A stretch of 64,000 nucleotides of DNA from Tubiluchus corallicola (taxonomy: Eukaryota; Animalia; Priapulida): the NCBI GenBank assembly GCA_030141605.1, contig JAQGDQ010000980.1, positions 9,640 to 73,639 on the forward strand, read 5' to 3'. Within the stretch, counting starts at the first letter, position 1; every line of letters begins with the position of its first letter. The notes below the pieces were generated by a model. That model searched no databases. It saw only the letters and a list, made by a program, of their open reading frames with translations, and was not told the DNA's origin. Below are positions 46,227-57,649 of the stretch, piece after piece. A program made the position numbers and the translations under genes.

Positions 46227-48561
46227 AATCTGGTTATAACAAACTTTTTTGCCATCCGATTGTAAAAAAATGTGGTTATAACCAATTTTTACCGTCCGAT
46301 TGTAAAAAAATCTGGTTATAACCAATTTTTTGTCATCCTATTGTAAAAGATGTGGTTATAACCAATTGTTTGCCGTCAAATTGTAAAAGAATCTGGTTAT
46401 AACCAATTTTTTGTCATCAGATTGTAAAAGAATCTGGTTATAACCAATTTTTGCCTTCCGATTGTAAAAGAATCTGGTTATAAACAATTTTTTGCCGTCC
46501 GATTGTAAAAAATGTGGCAATAACTATTTTTTGCTATCCGATTGTAAAAAATGTGGTTACAACCAATTTTTACCGTTCGATTGTAAAAAAATCTGTTTAT
46601 AACCAATTTTTTGTCATCCTATTGTAAAAGATGTGGTTATAACCAATTGTTTGCCGTCAAATTGTAAAAGAATCTGGTTATAACCAATTTTTTGTCATCA
46701 GATTGTAAAAGAATCTGGTTATAACCAATTTTTGCCTTCCGATTGTAAAAGAATCTGGTTATAAACAATTTTTTGCCATCCAATTGTAAAAAAATCTGGT
46801 TATAAACAATTTTTTGCTATCCGATTGTAAAAGAATCTGGTTATAAACAATTTTTTGCCATCCAATTGTAAAAAAATCTGGTTATAAACAATTTTTTGCT
46901 ATCCGATTGTAAAAAAATCTGGTTATAAACAATTTTTGCCTTCCGATTGTAAAATAATCTGCTTATAACCAATTTTTGCCTTCCGATTGTAAAAGAATCT
47001 GGTTATAAACAATTTTTTGCCATCCAATTGTAAAAGAATCTGGTTATAAACAATTTTTTGCTATCCGATTGTAAAAAAATCTGGTTATAAACAATTTTTT
47101 GCTATCCGATTGTAAAAAAATCTGGTTATAAACAATTTTTGCCTTCCGATTGTAAAATAATCTGCTTATAACCAATTTTTGCCTTCCGATTGTAAAAGAA
47201 TCTGGTTATAAACAATTTTTTGCCATCCAATTGTAAAAAATCTGGTTATAAACAATTTTTTGCTATCCGATTGTAAAAAAATCTGGTTATAAACAATTTT
47301 TTGCCATCCGATTGTAAAAAAATCTGGTTATAAACAATTTTTGCCTTCCGATTGTAAAATAATCTGCTTATAACCAATTTTTGCCTTCCGATTGTAAAAG
47401 AATCTGGTTATAAACAATTTTTTGCCATCCAATTGTAAAAAATCTGGTTATAAACAATTTTTTGCTATCCGATTGTAAAAAAATCTGGTTATAAACAATT
47501 TTTTGCCATCCGATTGTAAAAAAATCTGGTTATAACCAATTTTTTGCCATCCGATTGTAAAAGAATCTGGTTATAACCAATTTTTGCCTTCCGGTTGTAA
47601 AAGAATCTGGTTATAACCAATTTTTTTGCCGTCCGATTGTAAAAAAATCTGGTTATAAACAATTTTTTGCCATCCGATTGTAAAAGAATCTGGTTATAAC
47701 CATTTTTTGCCATCCCAGTGCGTAGCGGCACCAAAATTATGGAATGATTTGGCAGTTCATGCACGTTAAATCAATAATGTTCAAATCATTCCTTAAAACT
47801 TATTTTACAAACGAATTTATAAAATGTTATAAATGAATATGAATGACATTATTTTAAATACTAGTCATTAAACTTTTCATTAAATAACTATTATAACTAA
47901 CAGCAAGATTTAACAATATTTGTTTTATTAGTAATTGTTTTGTTTGTATATAGTGTCATTATGTTTCAAAATTGAAATTGTGTGTATGTCTTGTAAGTAT
48001 TTTTGACACTAATAAATAAATATCTAAATATAAAAAACACCCGGTCTGCTCCCCTCTGAAGCTGCTATTGTCCATCTTTCTACTTTTTAAACCATGCCCC
48101 ACTCAAGGTCAACGGTATATAAGTGGTTATAACCAATTTTTTGCCATCCGATTGTAAAAAAATGTGGTTATAAACAATTTTTTGCCATCCGATTGTAAAA
48201 GAATCTGGTTATAACCAATTTTTTGCCATCCGATTGTAAAAAAATCTGGTTATAAACAATTTTTTGCCATCCGATTGTAAAAAAATGTGGTTATAAAAAT
48301 TTTTTGCTATCCGGTTGTAAAAGAATCTGGTTATAAACAATTTTTTGCTATCCGGTTGTAAAAGAATCTGGTTATAACAATTTTTTTGCCATCCGATTGT
48401 AAAAAAATCTGGTTATAAACAATTTTTTGCCATCCGATTGTAAAAAAATGTGGTTATAAAAATTTTTTGCTATCCGGTTGTAAAAGAATCTGGTTATAAA
48501 CAATTTTTTGCTATCCGGTTGTAAAAGAATCTGGTTATAACAATTTTTTTGCCATCCGATT
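46227..48561. repeat. ~41-bp satellite, copy B blocks (46227-47715 and 48119-48561)
   Basis: Direct reading. Confidence 0.94.
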
Positions 48562-49130
48562 GTCAACGGTATCCCTACCGCCAGGCAAATTGAAATTGCA
48601 TAACTTGCACTATATTTGGAAAAAAGAATTAAGAAAGCTCGGAAGATACTACCTCAGAATGTAAATGAAAACCGGCTTAGGATAAAGATAAGAAGACATT
48701 TTATGTATGAGAGCCAATTTGTCATTTTCACGTTTTATCTACGAACTGATATCATGTTGTCATACTGAAGTATATATTTGATACGTGTCATAACGTTTGT
48801 GCAATGCTGTAGCGAGCAAATCATTGAAAACTCTGATTCTGTAGGTTAAGTAAATTTGTGATTTTTATGTCTTATCTACAGGCTGACAAGTAGTTGGCAC
48901 AGTGAAATACGTGTGACACAGGTAATAACACCTTCTGCGATGATACAGAATTAGTAACACTAATTACATAGGTCGTATACTATACATGTATAACATAATG
49001 TAGTTTTTATTCACCGTTTAGGCCTATCAATAGCTACATCATACAACTACACGCGTTAGTCTTGGTAAAAACTGTCTTTCTTTACGTGTATCTTTTAACT
49101 TTGCTTCTTTATCACTTATTAATGGTATTA

Positions 49131-49503
49131 TTAACGTCTACAAATAACTCTATAATATCTGCAATAATAACTCATTAACGTCTACAATAATAACTCATTA
49201 ATGTCTACAATAATAACTCATTAACGTCTGCAATAATAAAATATCTACAATAGTAACTCATTAACGTCTACAATAATAACTCATTAACGTCTACAATAGT
49301 AAGTCACTAACGTCTACAATAATAACTCATTAACGTCTACAATAGTAAGTCACTAACGTCTACAATAATAACTCATTAACGTCTACAATAATAACTCATT
49401 GACATCTACAATAACAACTGATTAACGTCTACAAAAATAACTCATTGACATCTACAATAATAACTGATTAACGTCTACAATAATAACTCATTAATATCTA
49501 CAA
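49131..49503. repeat. 23-bp minisatellite (AATAATAACTCATTAACGTCTAC)
   Basis: Direct reading. Confidence 0.92.
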
Positions 49504-49717
49504 TGAACAATGATAATTTTTGTAACACCACAAAAATAAAACAATTTCGATTTTTATAAATATAAATCTGAATTTGTTCCAGGTGCTTTGCAACTTCATG
49601 AATATTAAAAATATAGTAGACCAATTACACCCATTAATAATACCAATATACACTAATAGAATAGCACAAAGTAAATAAAATTACTAGCAAAAAAAGTGAT
49701 AACAATCAATATAAATG

Positions 49718-49830
<113 letters not shown>

Positions 49831-49910
49831 AGTGCCAAAAACAGATAGAAAGCAACAAAAAGTGTTATCAGCTACACAGATCAACAAGAATGAAACAAGG
49901 CAGATGTTCG

Positions 49911-50830
49911 AATGGTTTCTTACAAAGTTGCACTAAAGCGGCGTTTACCAGATATCTGGAATGAATTTATGATCAAAAAGAAGTGACATACAAGTACAAA
50001 TGGTTTCTTACAAAGTTGCATTAAACCGGCGTTTACCAGATATCTGGAATGAATTTATGATCAAAAAGAAGTGACATACAAGCACGAAAGGTTTCTTACA
50101 AAGTTGCACTAAACCGGCGTTTACCAGATATCTGGAATGAATTTATGATCAAAATGAAGTGACATACAAGCACGAAAGGTTTCTTACAAAGTTGCACTAA
50201 AGCGGCGTTTATCAGATATCTGGAATGAATTTATGATCAAAAAGAAGTGACATACAAGTACGAATGGTTTCTTACAAAGTTGCACTAAACCGGCGTTTAC
50301 CAGATATCTGGAATGAATTTATGATCAAAATGAAGTGACATACAAGCACGAAAGGTTTCTTACAAAGTTGCACTAAAGCGGCGTTTATCAGATATCTGGA
50401 ATGAATTTATGATCAAAAAGAAGTGACATACAAGTACGAATGGTTTCTTACAAAGTTGCATTAAACCGGCGTTTACCAGATATCTGGAATGAATTTATGA
50501 TCAAAAAGAAGTGACATACAAGCACGAATGGCTTCTTACAAAGTTGCATTAAACCGGCGTTTACCAGATATCTGGAATGAATTTATGATCAAAAAGAAGT
50601 GACATACAAGTACAAATGGTTTCTTACAAAGTTGCATTAAACCGGCGTTTACCAGATATCTGGAATGAATTATGATCAAAAAGAAGTGACATACAAGTAC
50701 AAATGGTTTCTTACAAAGTTGCACTAAGGCGGCATTTATCAGATATCTGGAATGAATTATGATCAAAAAGAAATGACACACAAGTACGAATAATTTCTTA
50801 CAAAGTTGCACTAAAGTGGCGTTTATCAGA
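49911..50830. repeat. 88-bp tandem repeat, ~10.5 copies
   Basis: Unit aatggtttcttacaaagttgcactaaagcggcgtttaccagatatctggaatg...; period 88. Confidence 0.94.
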
Positions 50831-53585
50831 CGTCCGAAATGCGTTACGCGTTATTGCGTGAAAATCACTTCATATAGTTTTGAATAAACACGTTTATCAG
50901 ACTTGCAGCTGTGCGTAAACAATATAATAGAAACACGTAGCTGCAGAACAAAATAACGCAGTTATAAAGTGATTTTTCCGTGATAACGCAATTCCCCGGA
51001 CGTCTGGTAAATTAATGCCGCTTTAATGCAACTGCACAAGAAGTCATTAGAATTTGAGTGTTGTTTCATTTTGTTAAAAAATCCTTGTAGATAGATATTT
51101 TATTTCTGAAAATCGAATTTCCAACAGGAAATTACAAACTCGACGCATACCCGATGGTTTTATCAGCGGGCAGAGCTCGGGTAATGATTTCCAGATCATA
51201 CTAACAATTTGACTCAACATAGCTGCACAAGGTATATACACAGATATACAAATTTAGTTGAACTCCATGAAACTCGGAAGGGAATGGTTAATGATGCGTT
51301 TCTGTTGGATGATGATCATGCACGTATGTTGTCTTTAAAATTTAAACTGTTTAAAATTACTATTGGTGACATTTGCTAAATTGTAATTTGTCGTTTAGTC
51401 CATCTTGTTATTTTAATTTATTTCGCATTTTTAAATAAGGAAATACCAATGTACTTCAATTGAGTACTGCATGGTATATGTGAAAGTCATGTGTGAAGTT
51501 GTTGTTCAGTCACTTTGTTATGATTGAGTTTAGGCACAGAAGTATGAATAGGAATAAAAAATCTATAATAAATATTTGCACCGCACACAACAGAAAAGTG
51601 TTTATTAGAACTACAGAAACATGAGTAGCATGACTGCTGCACTGAACACTGAGAGTTAGAGTGAGAGAATGACTAGAAAGCAAAACCAGTCAGTATATAT
51701 AGGTGACCTATGCAGACTTGCACAGGCTTCACAAAAACCATTACTTTAAAATAGGGAGAGAACCAGTGAATATGCATTCACTGGACCATACAATTATACT
51801 GGGGGTAAGTTAGCTGGTAGAATGTAACAAGATTAGCTCATAGATGGCAGCACCTAATTAAAATGTACAATTCCAACTTCTACAGTGTGAGACTAGTACA
51901 TCTGCTCGAAAAGCAGGTGACCTTTTACGTTCGAGTCCCAAAATTTTTCAAGTGAAGTGCAAATTTTTCAGGCTTTTTAACTTAGTATTGCTTTTGTGCG
52001 TTTTAAGGAATGTCGATGCTAAAATATCTATGATGCACTTATGTTCATGTTCATTAGGCTTTTATTTACAAGCTGAATTTGGAACTAGTATTCCTAATGG
52101 CGCTTTTCTTTATTACAGTAACTGTGGATGCGCCCAGTCCAGGCAAAGAAACGGCAAAAATCAGTATTGAACTGTGCGATAGACCTGCAATTTATTAAAA
52201 TAACAGATCACAAAAAGTGCTTAAGAACGTGCTAATGCTTATTACTATTTAGACAAAATGAAAAGTTAGATTTAAGAAGACTGAAACACAAATTATTACT
52301 TTATGATTGTAGAGATTTGAAGCAATTCTAACCAATTTAAACTATTAACTAATTATTAAAGTAGATGGTGACTTACATTTACTGGTGACAACTTTGGTTT
52401 GAAAATACAACTAGTGACTGTTAAATTGTAACAAAATAGACAAAGCAATGCAAGTATAACCAAACGGCATGATTAGCAGAACGGCAACAGAAAATGTAAT
52501 TACATGTAAGAACAAGTGTGACTGATAGGTGGCGTATACTACTAAAGCTTAGGTCACATGACTAAGGCTGGCTTCGTCTTAAACACTTTCAGGAAATGCA
52601 TGTTTGTAAAAATGCGAAAAGAAAACAAATAATTATAGTGTTAAGGTCAGTTTCTGGCCTTAACATGTAGGTGGCAGCACCTATGTGAACTTACCTGTAA
52701 TTTTACCTGTAAATTAGGTTGTGCCTCGCTAAACACGCTCACAGAAGCCTCAGCAAACGTTAAATAATGTTTAGATAAAGTTCAAGTAATTATTTGTAGC
52801 GTCTTTACCTGATTTGCTATAAACCAGTATAACGTTCCAAGAATCTATTAAGTTATTATAGCCGCACGATGTGAGTAATATTTACTTTATTATCTTAAAT
52901 TATAATAATTAGATTATTATACATTTGTAAGCAGTGAAAAGCAGGCAAATTTATTATTTTCATCTTTTTATATATACAGAAATAAAGATTTCTGAGAACA
53001 CCATATGCTATGAAGGAAATTCTTTGTGTTCCCGTCACATATAGAATGCTAGATTAAATTGCTTGACACCAACAGTAACTAATTATAATGTTGTGCCGTC
53101 GTTAGGGAAGGAACAAGAGACAAAATGAAAAAGCAGTTATTTACGAAGAAATGGACGTGATAAAAGATACGTTTTAGATTCGTTCTGATCATTATTACTG
53201 AACTTTTCTACAGTACGCATATGTATACACGACTTGTCCTGTGGCCAACTTTTCCGTCATTGTGCTTTCACCATTGTGTAGGCTACTGTCTACATATTTG
53301 CGAGAGTGTGAAATGAGGCGAAATTGATTACCATATTATACCAGATTACCAGATTACCTACACTACCATATTATAGGGTAGAAGTGATGTGTGCAAAATA
53401 TTATTGGCATTTCTCGGGTGCAAAGGTCCGGGGTGCGTTTTTCTAGTTCATGGAAGATCGATTAGTGATGCACCATGAATAATATTCGTATTCTCGGTTC
53501 AATTTTGAGACTACAGAAATAGCACAATACATTGTTACCAGTAGTTATTTGAATTGTGCTATGTCCCTTCAAATACACGTATTAC

Positions 53586-54055
53586 CAGGGTGCATAAGAT
53601 TATGGATATGTATAAAATAAATAAAATAGCTTATTTTATGGATTTTTGAAATTTTATTTTATGGATATCAATAAAATAAGAAATAGACTATATCTGGAAC
53701 GAGATGCCCAGGGGGAAATCAATTAAAAAGTAAAAACAGGAGTGCTTGAACCGTGTTTTTAAACACGCAGTCTTAATTTTATCGGTTTCGTTTTAATTTT
53801 ATCGGTTTCATATCACTTCAAATTTAATCAAATTTTACGAGACAATGCCTTGTAATTCATCACTTCAGTTCAGGTAATTCATCTATTTGGTACGAATGTA
53901 GAATGCCCTCTAGGCTGAAGTTTCCGATCCAACGCCTGTATTCAGTTTTGATTGCCTATTTTATTTTATGCATTTCTTATTTTATGGATTTTTCAAATTT
54001 TATTTTATGGATTTTTGGTCTTATTTTATGGATATCCATAATCTTATGCAGCCTG
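53586..54055. mobile_element. MITE with 8-bp TSD (hAT- or P-type)
   Basis: 24-bp TIR CAGG(G/C)TGCATAAGATTATGGATAT; TSD CGTATTAC at 53578-85 and 54056-63. Confidence 0.9.
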
Positions 54056-54226
54056 CGTATTACTTTACTAAAGCATGGTATTAAGTCACTAATATTTAGA
54101 GAGATGGCGAAAGAGCTATTCATTTATGAAGCTTACTTTTATTAAAGTGTAGAGACAATTTATAGGGTTACTAGAATAACCGGCTGTAAGATTATTTGAA
54201 CATGATATGAATTGCTAAAATCTTGG

Positions 54227-54684
54227 TTAAGGAACAAAAAATGGCCGACCAAAGTAAGTCTCAGAAAATTCACAATAAAAAATTACCTAAGTATAATCTT
54301 AAGCGAATAAAGTACTCACGTTTTCGCGTTTACTCCAGTTTTTGTAAAATATTTCAACCGCTGCAGTAAACGTTGTCGCAGACATGTTTCATTTAGTCCG
54401 CCAATTGAAAAGCCAGCATGTGACTGATCACGTGGCATGACATCACTCGAACTCAGACACAGTGAGTTCTGAGCACGTGCTCTATAAAGTTTGTGTTGTG
54501 GTTCTGTGACACCACCTAATATGGCGCCACCGTGACAGTGTCGCGGGAGTATTTAAAATGAAAACAAACAGGAAATTCTTTTAACGTGAGTACGATAAAC
54601 GCTTAAGATTGCCTCTAACCGTTATAATTCTTTAGCGAAAATTTTCTGAGACTTGTTTTAACTAGGCCTTTTCTTGTACTTTAA
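54227..54684. mobile_element. TTAA-ended MITE with long imperfect TIRs
   Basis: agtctcagaaaatt...cttaagcg...gtactcacgtt is mirrored by aacgtgagtac...cgcttaag...aattttctgagact. Confidence 0.6.
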
Positions 54685-55026
54685 AGGAACAAACTCAGAA
54701 ATTTAACGTTGAAGTTCAACATTGATGAAATTGTTTGCTGCCCGTTGAATGTAGGATTGGGCCATAGGAATTGGGAACATGGAAGTGTTCATAAAGCATA
54801 AAACATCTTTGAATATTTGAGTGTCGATGTCGTGTTGACAAAAGCTATAACAGTAGAATATTCTTTAAAAGTTTATTGATACAGAAGTTTCCAGAGAAAT
54901 ACAGGTAAAAAGATGTCTGCATCTTGTAAAAGCCAACTGGTAGTACAGAATATAGCAAAACTAGAGCAGCCTTTCACTATTAGGTTAAAACCATTTTTTA
55001 GAAGCCATATGTACTACAGTAATAGC

Positions 55027-55456
55027 GGGATGCCCACGCTGTATCTCGACACTAGGCAGAGGAGCTGCACAAGCAGCAAACGGCTAGAGGGCGGAGGAGG
55101 TCAAGTGACCCAACGGCCATGTGTAGAGGAGAGTAAACCTTCCAAATCAGGAGTGGAGCCCCGAAGGCGGACCAGTGCATCATGCTCACGGACTCCGGCA
55201 GCTCCTGCAGCCAACCTGGTGCCAAACGTATCGCTCCGCTTTCCTTTGGACTACACCAGGGAGGAAGAGAGGGGGTTCCTGTTGTCTGGGCAACTCAGGA
55301 TCTCCATACACCTTGCCCAGGCGTGCGCCCTGGAGACGTTCAAGGATCGCACTGCTCAGCCACAGTCGACGCTGCAGCTCCATCAATGTGATCAATAAGT
55401 GACTCTCTTGGCGCACACTCCATTGTCTTCCGAGACAGAAGGATGCCAACCAAAAA
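55027..55456 (+). mobile_element. Short non-autonomous RTE-derived retroelement (5' UTR fused to 3' end)
   Basis: GC-rich island; 3' part encodes SRIALLSHSRRC (RTE C-terminal zinc-finger end, consensus SRIGLYSHSRRC) followed by RTE-like 3' UTR CCATTGTCTTCCGAGACAGAAGGATGCCA. The 5' UTR assignment is from memory only. Confidence 0.65.
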
Positions 55457-56111
55457 CAGGTTATTAATCTAATTGCAAATTAAATGTATTTGATTTTCGG
55501 TCGTTCACAACGACAGTCGAGGCTATAATGGTGATTACATGCAAGGAATGCATCTGTTATGAAGAAACTTTTATTGGCCTTAGTAAGACTGATCTCCTTA
55601 TAAAGTAATTTGTTGCTGTGAAAGATATTTGTGAAGTCGAAATTGAACACTGGTATAAACAACTAAACACAAGATTAAATATTTGCACAAACTAAAACAC
55701 TTTTATTGCACTACATAGTTATATGTAACATGACTGCTACACTGAGGACCAACGTGTCCTGCAGTGATCACGAATGAGTAGACAGTGGCTAGAAGTGGAA
55801 TCTAGCCAGTTTATATATGTAAAGAACTATGCAAAAACATGGCTTCACATATCCCATTACAGTAAAATAGGGGAGATACAGTGAGTTTGAATATTCATTG
55901 GACCATACAATTGCATTAAGGGGTGAATTGAAGTAGTAAATGTTAAAGTAACTAATCAATAGATGGCAGCACCTAAAATATACAGTTACAACTTTCACAG
56001 TTGCATTAAGGTTAAAATTATGCTACACTACAGTAACTAAATTGTAAAATATCGAGATGTATGTTTTAGTTTTGCTTATTTATGCTTATCGATATCGTTT
56101 ACAAAATGATA

Positions 56112-56690
56112 TACAGTGTTCCCTCACTTATCGCGGGTGTTCTGTTCCAGGCCCACCCGCGATAAGTGAATTTCCGCGAAGTAGGGACGCTATACTTATT
56201 ATGTACTTATACTATAATCAACCAATCGTGTGTTGTGTACAATCTCACGTCGGCAAGGAGCACCTCAACCGAGCGCAAGTACTACATTTCGTTTTTGCTG
56301 TGTATCCATCCGCCGAATAAATGCATGGCACGAAATCAGTAACAGGTTGTACAAGACTCTTACCAATATTGAGTACTTGTGGCTGTACCAGCATCTAACA
56401 GTACCAACAAATTACGTTCGTTTTGATAAAATCCGAGAGATTAATAAAAACTAACTGTCCCGCGAAATGAAACCCGACACAATGACAAGTTATACAAAAA
56501 TGTTACCCATATTGAGTACTTGTGGCTGTACCAGCATCTAACAGTACCAACAAATTACGTTCGTTTAGATTAAACCCGAGAGATTAATAAACACTAACTA
56601 TGCCGCGAGATGGAACCCAAAACTTAATGGTAGGTTGTAGAAGACTGCTGCTGTTATTCAGTACTTGTGGCTGTACCAGAATCTAACTAT
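56112..56690. mobile_element. Tigger/pogo-like MITE left end plus ~143-bp internal repeat (3 copies)
   Basis: TA-CAGTGTTCCCTC start, hairpin cacttatcgcgggtg/cacccgcgataagtg, repeated agtacttgtggctgtaccag. Right TIR not found. Confidence 0.5.
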
Positions 56691-57562
56691 TTATCAAGAT
56701 TAATTCTGCAAGATGAGGCAATGTACTGAACGAGAGGTGTGAGCCTCGTTGGAGGTGTACACATCTTCCCTTAATGAGATAGGCAGTATAACCAACGAAC
56801 ACCTTCAGTTATCAGTTGACTAAATTCAAAGCTGCTCCAACTATCGTGTTATTTTTATTATTAGAACTGTTTATTTTGATCATAAAAACATATACTTATA
56901 TACATGCGCCCTCTGTATGCAGTGCTACAACAGCTAACAGTATGTACTTAAGTGTCCTTCTACAGTATAGTGATGTTAACAACTCATTTACATTACCTCC
57001 CATTAGGTTAGTGACAAGTAAAATTATTTAACAAAATATTGGCAAAGTTAATTAAAATCAAATTATCACGACAAGTTAAATTATACAATTAAACAACAGA
57101 TGATGTGGTGGGTGTTTGCCTCCCCCCTAAAGCATGTGAGTGGAGGGTTTTCTTGTGCTTTAAGCTTCGTTTGCTCATGATAGAGCAACAAATTTCATCA
57201 GCAAAGTGATGCTGCTGGTCCATTTTCGCACCCCGATGCTCTGCGGGCCGTAAATCACACTGAACTCCATAAGACTTGCAGACTGTTTCAATAACCTAAA
57301 AGTACCATCATAAAGATTTTTGTCTCCATCTCACAGGTATGAGTCAACGCGATCCTGGTGGATAATGTAGCTGTTAACGTATGCTGGTATACAAATCATG
57401 ATACACAAGTACTTAAAGTACTGAATCGATTTGGCTCCCTGCATATATGAGCAGAGGAAATGTAATTTATAGTGACAATGTAAAAGATTTGACTTTTAAA
57501 TTATTGCTGTTTGTTTGGTCACACTGGTCTGGTTTTTGCTGATGCAGATGTGGGTCCCCCTG

Positions 57563-57570
57563 TATAAATA
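57563..57570 (+). promoter_or_regulatory. TATA box of the Kunitz gene
   Basis: TATAAATA 87 nt upstream of the ATG at 57650. Confidence 0.65.
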
Positions 57571-57649
57571 AGCAGTGATATCAGTCGAGTGTGACAAATA
57601 TCAGATTTGACTCGCTAGGAGAAATATTACTGCAGTTTATTCGTCAGCC

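Noticed and set aside
49911-50830. Regular repeats with an internal palindrome resembling a CRISPR array
   Set aside because: Whole units repeat with no unique spacers, there are no cas genes and the context is eukaryotic. The same holds for the 41-bp and 16-bp arrays.
51880-51945. Possible tRNA gene (GTTCGAGTCCC)
   Set aside because: No acceptor stem or A-box can be built; at most a SINE remnant.
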